Shown one piece after another: positions 1 to 12,469 of a stretch of 64,000 nucleotides of DNA. The DNA lies in assembly GCA_964016885.1 (NCBI GenBank), contig OZ024741.1, forward strand, positions 354,330,001-354,394,000, written 5' to 3'. How positions within the stretch are numbered: position 1 is the first letter of the stretch; the number at the start of each line of letters is the position of its first letter. A program made the translations under genes and the position numbers. Source of the DNA: Eledone cirrhosa (Eukaryota). The notes beneath the pieces were generated by a model, which saw only the letters and a list, made by a program, of their open reading frames with translations, did no database searches and was not told the DNA's origin.

Positions 1-92
1 AGCGAGAACTGTAAATTTGGCAGGGCATTTTACAGCTGGATGCCTTTCCTAAACAACCACATTTACAGTGATATATATATATATATATATAT

Positions 93-262
93 ATCATCAT
101 CATTTAACGTCCATCTTCCACGCAAGCATGGGTTAGACGGGAGTTGTCCAACTTGAGGCAAGGTAGGTCGGGTGACCGTGTCTCGCTCATATAGGACTAT
201 CTGGCAGGTTTTCTACGGCTGGATGCCCTTCCTAACACCAACCACATTTACAGTGTGGAACT
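93..262 (-). mobile_element. RTE-tailed SINE-like family containing AGGAAGGGCATCCAGCCGTAGAAA, ending GGACGTTAAA(TGA)n; close sister copy at 47595-47768 (+)
   Basis: Near-identical inverted copy at 47595-47768; many diverged copies (12325, 13440, 16560, 27120, 27860, 35830, 39650, 55380, 57925). Confidence 0.8.
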
Positions 263-641
263 GGGAACTTTTTACTTACACGGCCACATTACAGTGATAT
301 ATATATTCTCTGGTAATGTGTACTCATTTATAACTGGTCTCTCTTCTTGTAAGAAGAAATATCTAGAAAAATACACACACACACACAAAAGTGACATTGA
401 AGAGGACTAATTAGATTGAAACATGTCGATTGATTTCATTAGTTGGATTTAAAAACAAGATCCACTATCAACTGTTTTCATTTTTCAGAAGTTTTCATTG
501 ACTGATCTTAAAGAACAACTGTTATTTATTTCTAGACTTCTAGATATATTACAGTACTTTCCGAAGAATCAGCCAGAAATTAAAACAATAGAAAATATAA
601 GTCCATTCTATATCAAATACACTAACCTCTTTAGCTTGATC

Positions 642-1185
642 TTAAACCCTTTCATTACCATATATTAAATGAAAGTCCCTGCTTAGGTTTTTAAATCATT
701 TTGGAAATAATCAAGAAGTTGGAGAGATTTAGTAATATAACTAACTTTTCCGTTATTAAGCTAACGTTTGGAATATAAATGTTCTATATATAAATTTGAG
801 CGACTTCCGTCCGTCCGTCACACAATGTTTGTGTGTAAAATGAAGGGGATGGTGAAAAAACTATAGCAAAACAGCGGCTGGCGTTCCATTTGCTATGCTG
901 TGCGTGAATGTATCTGTGTTTATGTAAATGTATGTATGTGAATGTATGTATGTGAATGGGTGTCTGTGAGTGAGCATTATTGTAAGCGTACGTGTTTGCG
1001 CGTTTATATTTATATACTCATAGATATAAATGTATGCATATGCGCATACACACACACACATACGCGTCAGCGTGTTGAAAAGAAATCCTAGTACATAAAA
1101 TTATAATAGAAGGTATTTAGATAAATATAATCACTTTAAAATAATCAACTTTGTACCAGTGATTGTTTGGTATCAAAAGTGTTAA
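642..1185 (-). mobile_element. piggyBac-like MITE family A copy, split by the Helitron-like insert
   Basis: 642-782 and 1092-1185 join into the reverse complement of family A (TTAACYCTTTTGATACC...AAAGGGTTAA). Confidence 0.65.
783..1091 (+). mobile_element. Short non-autonomous Helitron-like element
   Basis: 5' TCTATATATAAA, (CCGT)n and TG-rich body, ACGCG-TCAG-CGTGT hairpin ~11 nt before terminal CTAG|T; interrupts a MITE. Confidence 0.6.
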
Positions 1186-2441
1186 CGAGATAGCCCAAAA
1201 GTAAATAAAAAAGTTGATATCTTCGGGATTTTACCATTTAAAACCACATCTATTAGACAGTTTCCGATAGTTTTTTTTTTATGAAAGGTTGAACATTGCG
1301 AACAAGTATTTCTAAACTTAGCGTGAGGTGTTGCCGATTGTAACATTTGGTGGTGAAATGCCCACCCCCTTTTTTTTTTCTTTTTCCTTCTTTCTTTCCT
1401 TTATCATTTTTGTTCATGATTTTATATTTTTGTGTCATTATACACGGTTTTGGCATATACATGTAATTTGTTTGTGCTTTCGTTCTCTAAGCATTGTATT
1501 TTTATTTTTAATTTTATACAACTATGAATAAACAATTTGATATAAAACATTTTTCTTTCCCACCCAAACAATAACTTTATGTAGCAAAGAACTAAATTTT
1601 TTAAAATGAAGCTAGATTAATAAAATGGGTTTAAATTTGATAACTTTTGATAAATTTCACAAAAATAGGTTTGGTTAAAATATACGACAAACAAATTCGT
1701 GAATGAAGAATGAACGAGAGAAAGGATGAATGAATAAAAAATATAAACAAACATCTGACACTAGTTTCTTATAGATGAAAAATATTTAGTGCTACCTTTC
1801 AAGTTTTTTTGTTTTGTTTTTTGTCACAACTAAAAAGGACCTCAACATATTTTCATGTATGAGAAATAAGCATATTAAAGACGATGCAAAGACAGTTTGT
1901 GTTACGAAATTCAGCAAGTATTTTGTCCCGTGTTATGAAACTTAACCCATTGTTTTTATCCTCTAAATAACAAATAATGATTTCAAATTTTGGCACAAAG
2001 CCAGCAATTTTAGTGAAAGGGAAAGTCAATTATATTGACCCAATAGTTGACTGGTACTTTATTTTATTTAACCTCGAAAGGATGAAAGCAAAGTTGACCT
2101 CAGCCGAATTTGAACACATAACATAAAGAACCAGAACAAATACTGCTAAGCAATCGTCAGATGCTTTAACAACTTTGCTAACCCACTGCCCTTAGCCTCC
2201 AAATAACAATACAAACAGTCCTCGCATCTTTTTTTAATATACTCTATTCTTTTTTTCATCTACGAAAAGAATATATAGATATGTATCTAGATAACCTATC
2301 TTTTATATTTCCGTTGATATAGTGTTCGTTTAAAAAGCTGAATAAGTAGAAAGATACACATAACATGAAAATAAACAGTTGTTCTTCCTTTTTTTTTTTT
2401 TTTTTGTTTTGTTTTCAATGTTTAAAAGTAATTGAACTCAC

Positions 2442-2498
2442 CGCAAAAACCACACTGCCAATAAAAACAAATAAAATGCTAAGATAACTCCACGCCAT
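2442..2498 (-). CDS. First coding exon of an unidentified secreted or membrane protein: signal peptide MAWSYLSILFVFIGSVVFA
   Basis: acaaagaATGG start (A at -3, G at +4), 19 mostly hydrophobic codons ending V-F-A, then a consensus gtgagt donor. No further exon found in 1-2441, so the gene probably continues left of the window. Confidence 0.72.
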
Positions 2499-2599
2499 TC
2501 TTTGTAATTTACGATCACCTGGTTGAATAAAAATGTCTATACCAATACGCAATTGTTATATATAACAATTGGTATGATTAATAATTCGATGGATAGGTA

Positions 2600-2790
2600 A
2601 TTTTAAAAAACACGCTACGAGAAGCAGACTCGACTAATGATTCCTCACTGAAGACGGCGACATGCTTTATTAGCTTGTGACACTCACTGGCATTTACCAC
2701 CTACATTCTCTGTCGTCAGCAGATATCTTTCTTCCGATTGGTCAATCTTCTGTGGGCTCGCCCCCACTATAAATCCATCTACAACTGAAG
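2600..2790 (-). promoter_or_regulatory. Putative promoter / TSS region of the signal-peptide gene
   Basis: NF-Y-type GACCAATCGG on the minus strand (~2735-2744), GC-box-like GGGGGCG (~2759-2765), CpG visibly more frequent than in the rest of the window, ~240 nt upstream of the ATG. Confidence 0.5.
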
Positions 2791-4231
2791 TCTTTAACTC
2801 TGTTTATCTTTCACGGCCCTTGCCATTCTGAGTTCAAATCCCGCCGAGGTTAACTTTGTCTTTCATCCTTACGGGGTCGATAAAATAAAATACCAGTAAT
2901 GTACTGGGTAATTACTGGCCTTATGCCAATAGTAGAAACAATTAATTATTCTTTGATGCAAATACAAACATTTTCTGGAGTAAAGATGAATACTTTTGTT
3001 TTATTATTTATATATTTATTTCCTCTTTTTAATATTGAATAGAATCTCTATCGTCCTTTTATTAAGTTTATTTAGTTCATTTCCCACATAAATAACTTAT
3101 ATTCTAAAAGGCGCAAACATCAAATAAGACCTCATAGCGATGCAACTGTGTATGTATTCAGTCGGTTGATTAAAACAGTCTGTTCGTGAAATTAACGTGT
3201 AACTGACTAAGCATTCCTCAGCTATATTTACTCTTAATGTAATTCTCTAGGAGAATCAGTATTTGACTAGACATAATCAACATGAAATAAAGTCTCTTGC
3301 TCATAGACACAGCTTGCTGCTGGGAATCGAACCCATGATCTCACGATCGTGAGCCTAACACTCTTTATCCTAGCACCTTTACATGAGTTCGATTTCCGTT
3401 GACGCTTTGAGTCCTTATTTCATGTTGCTTCAGTCTATTCATGTCTGCGAGCATGGTATTGGAGACTACAGGTACACATGGGACAACTATGCGTATAACT
3501 ATTGATAATAGTTGTAAACGACTAGAAGCAACCGACGGAGTGTGCAGACATTTGATTCGTCTCTATAATACGAGGAGGAAACTCGTCTGCTGTAGTGAGC
3601 TGTATACTGCTCACGTAACAGTTGATGGGGGAAAATATTGTTTTAAAAGATTCAAATTTTCTCTCTATTCATGTCTTCCTTAGACGTTCAAACTAAATAT
3701 TAACTACTATATGTACATAGTTAAATAATTTAATCAGAAAAGGTAAGCTTAGAAAAATGTGAAAAAAGTGTTATTAAAATTGTAATAAACTAATCAGTGG
3801 GGAGAGATAGATATTTTACAAATGACAAATAAAAGTTATATTGTCAAGGACCTAATGAAATGATTATCAAATTATGTAGGCGCGTCTCTGTGTCCGTAAT
3901 GAATTCTATCTAATTTGTTACTTCCATATTTTTATAATGCATGGCAAAAATCATGGCAATAATTATGTAACCCTATTTAATAATTTTATGCTTAACTCCA
4001 AGTTCCATTCAATAACCAATAACTAGGATTCTTTATATTCATGTTAATCTTTGGTTTGTATTTTGTTACTAATAAATCCTTTCATTGATTGTCTTCTATA
4101 TTTTTATTTTTAATGTTTATTTGTTTATTTATTTATTGGTGGTGGGAATTCTATATACAATGGCAGTGTTATCAACTAATATTTTTCTTGCTAGTTTTGT
4201 TTTGTGATCTGTATTGTAATGTATTGCAGTG

Positions 4232-4828
4232 TCGCCTTGTAGAATTTGCATCACCAGTCTGGAACCCCTATTTTGCTCAGAACATTGACCTCCTGGAAAC
4301 TGTTCAGAGACGTGCAACCAAGCGAATACCCTCCATCAGGCATCTACCATACTCTGAACGCCTTGCTTCCCTGGGCATGGATACATTGAAGCTCCGACGT
4401 CTGGCAACTGACTTGGTAAACACCCACAAAATTATTAACCATCTTGCCAACAACAACCCTGAGTACCTTTTGGATTTCCATGTGTTTAACACATGTGGGC
4501 ATGCCCACAAAGTCAGAAAACAGCACAGCTCCCATGACTTTCGGAAACATTTTTTCATGCTCAGAGTTGCTGCAGCATGGAACAAACTACCTGCATCAGT
4601 TATTAGCTGTCGAGACACTGCATCCTTTAAAACCTCCATGCTTCCTGAGATTCTCCAACACTACACCTAATATTCCCCCTCCATACACACGCACACATGT
4701 ATATCATGATTCATACACTATTCACTTCCATGACATCTGTATATTATTCTATTTACTATACATGCACCTTTGATAAGTTATAGTGCACCTGAGCACTGTA
4801 CACAATAATTTCATTATTATTATTATTA
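4232..4828 (+). mobile_element. 5'-truncated CR1-clade LINE: ORF2 C-terminus, 3' UTR and (ATT)n tail
   Basis: EFASPVWNPY...LETVQRRATK...YSERLASLGMDTLKLRRL...FFMLRVAAAWNKLP, stop at 4670, tail ttcattattattattatt. Confidence 0.9.
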
Positions 4829-5352
4829 ACTGAAGAGAAAGTGTTGTATTGTGTGAGTGTATGTGTGTATTTATGTATAATTCCTATTAATCCTTTTGAT
4901 ACCAAACCACCTGACTCTATAGTACCAAACTGTTTGTTTAAAAGTATACATATTTAAATACTTTCCATCATTAGATTCATTGTTATGTTCAAAACATCAA
5001 CTTAATAATAAGAAAGTTATAATACAAATCCTGCCAAATTCTACATTATTTGAAAATCATAAGTAGTGTCTTTCATTATAAATATGGTAAGAAAAGAGTT
5101 AACAAGTGATTGTATGCATGTGTGTGAATAGGTCACTGCATGTATGTATTACAGTAAATCAACTGTGGTTAGTTGCCCAGTTCTTTCTCCTTTCGTTAAT
5201 TCTTAGATATCAAAGAAAAGATTACCAGCATTCATAAGTCTTTACAAACAGGATATTTTTCTTTGTGTGTGTGTATGTGGTGGGGAGTGGTGATAATGTA
5301 TGTTTTGCTCTAAACTGATAGAAAAAGAAAAGAAATTCAGTAAATTAAATTA

Positions 5353-5607
5353 GGATACAAACATGTGGTTAGAATGTCTCAGGAAAGAATCGCTGGACAG
5401 ATTTTATTTATGGGTAAAACCAACAGCTAGGAGACCCAGGGGTAGACTCCGAGCAAGATGGTTGGATAACATCCATGAGCTTGGCTGGTCACGCTTGGGG
5501 AACCGGCTGGATCAGTTGGAGATGGTTGCTTCTGACAGGACCCACTGGAGGGACTGTTTGAGGATTCTGACCCCATGACCCTCTCATGAAGAAGAAGAAG
5601 AAGAAGA
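5353..5607 (+). mobile_element. RTE LINE 3' fragment with (GAA)n tail, same family as 9400-10515
   Basis: RRPRGRLRARWLDNI...ASDRTHWR followed by gaagaagaagaag; inverted match to 9410-9620. Confidence 0.85.
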
Positions 5608-7258
5608 CAAATGGTAATCATCATCATCACCATGATTTTACATCCATTCTTCATACTGGCATGGGTTGGATGAATTGTCATGGTCCAGGATTAAACAAGT
5701 CAGATAACGACATCCTACTCATACATTCCATGTTTGGCATCATTTCTACAGCTACATGAAAAATGGATGCATAATAATCTTTTAGTTAATATATTTCTAA
5801 TAAAAGACACTACCTATAATTTTCAAATTATTTCGAAAATTGTGAAAAGTTTTTAGGAATATTTATACCAAATTGCCTGAAATCATCCCTGGTTCTATGA
5901 GACAAACTGTTTATTCTAAAGTATTTACATTTATCTAAAATACATTCCAATTTCATCTGAAAACCTTTGTTATATTAGGTTTCAAATGCCAGTTATCTCT
6001 CTAAATTCTTGATTATTTTCCATATTACTTGAAAATCAAAGGCAGTGTTTTTTATTAAAAATATGGTAACAAAAGGGTTAAGCTAGTATTTGGAACATAA
6101 CTTAACAAAGGTTCTTATATAAAATTATGATGGAAGTATTTTTAAAAAAATACAAACACTGTAAAACAAACAGTTTTGTATCATAGAACCAGAAGCAGTT
6201 AAATATCAAAATTTGACTAGACTTTGAAAAAAGTCAAACTCAAAACCTTAAGATTGAAATGATATACAGTATTAGATAGTTGGTGAATAAAATTTGGTTT
6301 GTAATGTTTTATTATATCAGATTACTTTTCTGTCTAGGCATGCTATATATTTATATAGTAGCAAAATATGATATAGCATTTCAGCTTTTCTCTTGCATAT
6401 TAGCAGAATAATGGAAGATAATGCTTACAACTGAAAATCAAATATATTTTAAAAACAAAATTCGTCTTTGCTCTAACATAGCGGATACGTAAATGCATTG
6501 ATGAGTTTTATATCGAATAATAGTAATTTTATTAATATTTGATTCGTTTGTAAACAAACGCTATGTATTTTAGACAACTATCTTCATCCTTTTATTCCAG
6601 TGGTAACAATTTATAATTGTTTCAGGGTTATTGCTCTTTGTCAAGATTGTGTAGCTCTCCTTTTCCTGCTATACTCTAGAACTTTTGAGAATATATAGTA
6701 TTCTCTAAAGTATACACCGGCTGATTAACCTAATTTGCATACTGAGTGATTATGGCCGAAAATTAAAAACAAAATTTGTTTGCGCTCTAACATTAGCAGA
6801 TACGTAAATGAATTTGTGAGTTTTATATGGAATAATAATAATATTATTAATATTCGATTCGTTTGCAAACAATTGTTTCTCTCTGCCAGCGTTAGAACAA
6901 AAGGATGATGACAGTCATCTAAAAACACATAGCATTATGAGGCTGTTTGCTTGCAAATGAATCAAATAGTAATAATTGTTTCTACACCAGTAACACACTA
7001 GGATAATTGCTGGCACAAGGTCAGCAATTACCTCAGTGTGTTACTGGTGCTTTATTTTATTGACCCCCGAAGGATGAAATTATAATATTATTATTAGAAT
7101 TTAGCTTCAAACATAGCTGTATACAAATATGTATTTGAATATCATATTTCTAAAGAAATACGGTATATTTATAAATAAACATTTAGAAAGCTATAGCTAT
7201 GAATAACATACAGGCAGCTGATGCCACCAGATGGTGCCCGGCAGAAGCAAGGGGGACA

Positions 7259-7302
7259 ATCGCCGATGCATTTCGAACTCAACTGGCTCTCGTCAGGACG
7301 AT
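7259..7302 (-). ncRNA. Minimal type-I hammerhead ribozyme motif (Penelope-type)
   Basis: Minus strand: ATCGTC-CTGACGA-GAGC-CAGTTGA-GTTC-GAAA-TGCA-TC-GGCGAT. 6-bp stem I, 4-bp stem II, palindromic stem III ATGCAT, AUC cleavage triplet. Confidence 0.75.
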
Positions 7303-7444
7303 AAAGTCTAATTCTATTCTATTATAAGTTGAGCCAACTTATACAGCTTCATGTGCAAATGAGATTAATCATCTCATTTACACAGACGAAAAAACTATAT
7401 ATTTCCGCCTGTTTTCAAAGTCCAGCAGTTGCAAGAGCTGGAGA

Positions 7445-7490
7445 GATCATCCTGATGAGAACCAGTTGAATTCGAAATGCATCAACGATC
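7445..7490 (+). ncRNA. Second, more decayed copy of the minimal hammerhead motif
   Basis: GATCATC-CTGATGA-GAAC-CAGTTGA-ATTC-GAAA-TGCA-TC-AACGATC. Core intact, two stem I mismatches and one stem II mismatch. Confidence 0.62.
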
Positions 7491-9399
7491 GTCCTTCTTG
7501 CTTCTGCCAGGCACCGCCTAGTGGTGTTAGCTGCCAGTGTGTTATTTATAGCTATGGCTTGCTAAATGTTTATTTATAATCATAACGTATTTCTTTAGAA
7601 ATGTGAAATTCAAATAAATATTATCATTCGATATAAAACTCATGAATACACAAATATATTTTGATATACTCTTACTAATAAGCAGTAGCACTAACATGGT
7701 GTGATTCATAATGAGGGTATATAATCTGTTTATGTATAATAAACATATATATGAGTCTTGCTACAATTGTGTTTTAAACTGTTATCATGTCACAGTTATT
7801 CAGTAGCCATGTAAGAACGCCAGACACTAGTGTTTCAGGATATTTTTAATCTATCATCAGTGATGTTCACTCACTCAGTACTGAGACTAGAATAAGCTAT
7901 AGCTAATATACTTTGTCTATAACATATCTGTTGGAGAAGTTCATTTGTTATAGTACTTGCTTGACTTTGCTATGATCAATTGGCAGTACTATTAATATAG
8001 CATGATTCATAATAAGTGTGGATATGAAGGCATATAAAATATGTTATGGTTATTGCTAATTAATTATAGCCAAATCAAGAATATACTATAAGCAAATGAA
8101 CAGCAGATGTTTTAGATAATTAAAGTATATAAACTATAACTTATTCTATTAATCTTACTAATATATTCTGAATATATTTTTTCTTGCAGTATGCAAGAAA
8201 GAAGACTGCACTGATATGGACATGTGATGCATACAGACAATGATCACTGGATGAAGATGTACCAAGAGATACCTGTGGAAGGAAACTGAAGAAGAGGATG
8301 AGCAAGAAAGATCTGTGCAGAGGTAGTTAGAACTGATCTTAAAATGTTGAATCTGATAAAAGGGATAACAAAGGAATGTAACAGGTAAAAAGAAGCTGTG
8401 CTAAAAAAAGGACCCATCCAACTCACAACATTCTTAAAGGATTTAGCAGAAAATATCTAAAAACAGGTTTGCTAATTGAAATGTTTGTAACTTTTTATGT
8501 GATGTAGTGATAGTGCTGTTATGTACTTTTAAGAATGTCTTGCAATTGTAGTTTCATGTAGTACAGGACATTAAGAGTTAATAAACAGCCAGTACTTATC
8601 AACTCTTTGTGAGTCAAAAAGCTTGTCCAATAAATACATGGATTCTTTTTATATGAAGCAAAGAATGTGTTTTCTGTATGTGTATTGTATTATAAATTTC
8701 CCTTAAATGTGTTAGCAGTACATTGATTCAGGGCTTATAACAAGTTATTTAAACTTTTCAAGAATGTCTTGTTAATGTGCTTCATGTTTCACAGGGCATT
8801 AAGAATTAAGCATCAGAAAGATGAAGGTTGACATTCATAAAGAAATAAAATCATGAATATTTGTGATATCTTAAAAGATAATGCTGCTATCTTGCTTAAA
8901 TAGAAGACTAAATTTTGTAAGGGTGGATAAAATCAATTGAATTCTTCTTAATCCCTTTTTCTACTTTCAGTAGAGTAAAAGATGTTGTGAAAATATTTCC
9001 TTCATTTACTTCTGTTGTTTTCATTGCATTGCGTTCTGCACATGATTCACATCAAGACTATTATAGGATCTGGTCCCATTTTAAAATCTTATCTACCACT
9101 GGAATGTTCTTGGTTTCTCATTCCAAGTCTCATACCACACTGTAAGGCTGTAGTGCTGGTGTCACAACACTAACACCCAGTTGGCACTGTATGACAATAG
9201 TGCTGGCAACAACAAAAATCACTCAGTCTGCACTGTAAGGTGGTAGGGCTGATGCTATGATAAAAAGCACTAAGTTGCCCCTGTAAAGTTGTAATGCTGC
9301 AGTCACAATAAAATGCTCCCAGTACATGCTAAAAAGTGGTTGGCATTATGAGGGGCATAGAACCCATGTAAAAAATAGAGTGTATGAGCAAATTGTAGT

Positions 9400-10515
9400 C
9401 TTCTTCTTCTTCACCCACTTATTCCTGGGAGGGTTGTGGGGGCAGAGTCCTCAAACACTCCTTCCAGTGGGTCCTTCAGTTGATCCGGTTGGATCCCCAA
9501 GCAAGACCAGCCAAGCTTATGGATGTTATCCAACCATCTTGCTTGGGGTCTACTCCTGGATGGTTTTGCCTGTAAATCTTCCCAGCAATTCTTTCATGAG
9601 ACATTCTAACCACATACCCATAGTATCAGAGCTGTGATCTCTCAATTCAGAGAAGTAACAGCTTTACCTGGAGTGACTCTCTGATCTCCAAGTTATGCAC
9701 TCTATTGAGTAATGTTACTCCAAAGATCCTTGAAAGGAATCCCATTTCAGCCACTTGTATTCACAATCGTATTCTTTTAGTCATTACTCAGGACCAATGG
9801 TAAGAGTTAACACGAATACTGAAATGAAGATAGCAAATTTGTCTTTCACACCTACCTACCTTCTTCTGATTGCCGAATGCTAAAGATGGCACATTACTGC
9901 ACTAGCTCCTGCAATTCTTGCACATAATTTAGCCTCCTGCCTTCCATCACTCATGAACATGGCCCTGAGATAATTGAACTTTTTCACCTGCTTCAGTGGA
10001 ACTCCATTCACATGTAGGGTGCGCTGCATAGGCTTCCTTGAGAGCATGATTGTCTCAGTCTTCACAGCACTGATTTTCATTTCAGCCATGCAGCATTCAG
10101 CATCAAAACTATCAAGTGTGTGTCGGAGATCACCTCCTGATGAGTTAAGTAATACCATGTTGTTTGCAAATTCCAGTCGACTGATCTTACAACTCCAGTC
10201 ATGATATTACTTCTAAACTGGCAGTTCATGAAGATTATGAGCAGGAGAGGTGACAGTACACACCCTTGGCAGAATCTGACACCCACGTTGAATGGTTTTT
10301 GACTTAGTACCATTTATTTGAACAAATACTCGGGCTTTGTATAGAGACATCAAAGCAGTAAGAAGCTGATCATCGATTCCATATTCCTGCAGAACTTTCC
10401 ACATCAAGTCCCATGGTATGCAGTCATATGCCTTTTCAAGGTCTATGAAGCAAGCAGTGCTCACACAATTTCTCAAGGACCTGCCACAGTGGCAATATTT
10501 GGTCAGATGATGAAC
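9400..10515 (-). mobile_element. Decayed RTE-clade LINE, RT domain to 3' end with (GAA)n tail
   Basis: Frameshifted pieces CFIDLEKAYDCIP, QGCVLSPLL, MKISAVKTE, LKQVKKFNYL; plus-strand cttcttcttcttc tail at 9400. Confidence 0.9.
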
Positions 10516-10799
10516 AATGTGTTTTTTGCCCTGGACATTGCAAGATGTAGTCGCCTGACGAATCTAGCATTTGTGACAGCTCATCTAACCCATCCAAGCA
10601 TGGAAACAAGATGTTAAATGGTGGTGAAGATGATGATACTCTCTGACAGATTTTAGAGAGAACACAAGTTGAGCATTTGATCTGGCCATACAGTTTGAGA
10701 GAGATACTTTTAATTCTATAAAAAAATTGTTGTTTTCATTTCTTGTGGATGTAATATATCAACTCTGTCAATTAGGTGAATTATTGGTTGGGGTGTTTG

Positions 10800-11070
10800 G
10801 TGCAGAACCTGATTGGTCATGAGTTCTATTCCCAGTGGTGTGTTATGTCCTCGAGAAAAACATTTTATTTCATGTTGCTCTGCAGGCAAAATGAGTTGTA
10901 CTTGTAATTCAAAAAACCAGCTTTGTCACACTGTGACATGCAGAATCTCTTGAGAATTATGTTAAGGGTACATATATCTGTGGGATACTCAACCACTTGC
11001 ATTTTAATTTCTTGAGTAGGCTGTTCCATTGATTGTATCAACAGGAACACTTTCTCAGAAACATTGGATG
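10800..11070 (+). mobile_element. CORE-like tRNA SINE; copies at ~3130-3380 (-), 11960 (-), 23095 (+), 36660 (+), 48700 (-), 51100 (-), 52098 (+), 60990 (+)
   Basis: ggtcatgagttc B-box region followed by TGTCCTYGAGMAARACAYTTTATTTCA and a shared 3' tail. Confidence 0.65.
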
Positions 11071-12469
11071 TCCAACATTATTGATACATATCCTAACTTC
11101 CAAACAAATGTAAATACTAGATATTTTGATAGTGTTCTTGTATTTCTGCTCATTGCACTGATCTTTATAATATTTCTTCAACTTCAGCAAAACATGGAAT
11201 ATATATTGCTAATGATAATATGATATTGTGAATTGTCTAGGATTCCTTTCTCAAGAGAATTGAGCAACACAGAAATTCAACAAAGAATTCAAACCTGAAT
11301 ATAAGCATATATACTATAAGCCTATCTTGTATATGGTCTGTATGCATGTGTGTGTGTGTGTGTGCCCTGGTAGAATGATAGGAGCATTGACATGACATAC
11401 AGCCCTTCTTGGGCATTTAAACCTGACAGAGCCCATCACTCTTCAGGTCGGAACAGAGCCAATTTCTTCCAGAGAAGAAGAGAAAGTGATAGAGAAGAAG
11501 TGGGAAAGGGATATAGAGGAAGAATCAATGCCACTATTGGACTGGTACTTTATCAACCTAAAAAAAATGAAAGGCAAACTTGACCTCAGTGAGATCTGAA
11601 CTCAGGGTTCTGCTAGTTCACTGCCTTATTTGATACTTGCCAGAAAATAATAATTCAAAATGAGGATGTATATACTTTGTAATGGATTTAATCAAAAATG
11701 AAAATTAAGTTCATAGGTTTGGTTCATCAGGAATTTAAATAACTTCAGCATTTATCAGCACACATAAAAAGACCCCTTCAGCCTGACCATGGATTTGCAC
11801 CTAGTAAAGTACTTCTTCAAGGGGAGAACCTGGGCAAGATGTTTTATGGAAGACCAACAGTTGCCTATGAATACCAGTCTTCCCCCTCCATGTCTCCAAG
11901 GAAAAAGCAAATGCCAATACAGATTGACATCACTCTTTTTGCAACTCATTCTTCCAGCTGACTAGACTAGATAAATGTGAATTAAAGTGTCTTGCTCAAG
12001 GACAAAACATGTTGCCCAGTCCTGGAAATGAAATCACGACCTAATGATTATGAGATTAATAGTCTAACCACTAAACCATGTGCCTCCAGCAAACTTATGC
12101 ATTAAACAGTAGTATTTCTCATTTAACCTAAACAGCATTAGTATCTTTTGCTTAGGAGGGAACAAATGAATAGATTCAATATCTGAAAACTAAAATGCCA
12201 TGTCAACAGAGTTGAAACTAAGAACATGGAATTGATAAATAATTTAAAAAACAAACATTTTTGGTGATCTCTACAGTCAACTAATTCCATGTTACTCAAA
12301 TATGCTAGTTTCAATCAAACTGGCATCATCATCATCCTTTTACGTCTGTTTCCATGCTGGCATCAGTTGGACAAGTCATCATAGTCTGAGATTAAACTGG
12401 TTTGAGAAACACATCTTGCTCATACATTCCATATTTAATTTGGTTTTTATACCTGGATGCCTTTCCTAA

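Larger units (their letters stand above)
7126..7622. repeat. Long foldback element: ~177-bp imperfect inverted arms around a ~140-bp spacer; probably inverted Penelope pLTRs
   Basis: 7126-7302 is the reverse complement of 7445-7622 throughout (for example tttctaaagaaatacg / cgtatttctttagaaa, ggcagaagcaag / cttgcttctgcc). Confidence 0.85.

Noticed and set aside
397-427. TTGAAGA...GAAACATGTC as a hammerhead
   Set aside because: Core C is mutated, stem II is mismatched and stem I is absent; at most a dead Penelope relic
3735-3750. Plus-strand donor AGgtaagc suggesting a divergent transcript
   Set aside because: Isolated motif with no supporting exon or ORF
4089-4670. 193-aa ORF with hydrophobic N-terminus as a host membrane gene
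   Set aside because: The C-terminal ~145 aa are CR1 ORF2; the N-terminus is T-rich flank read from a non-ATG start
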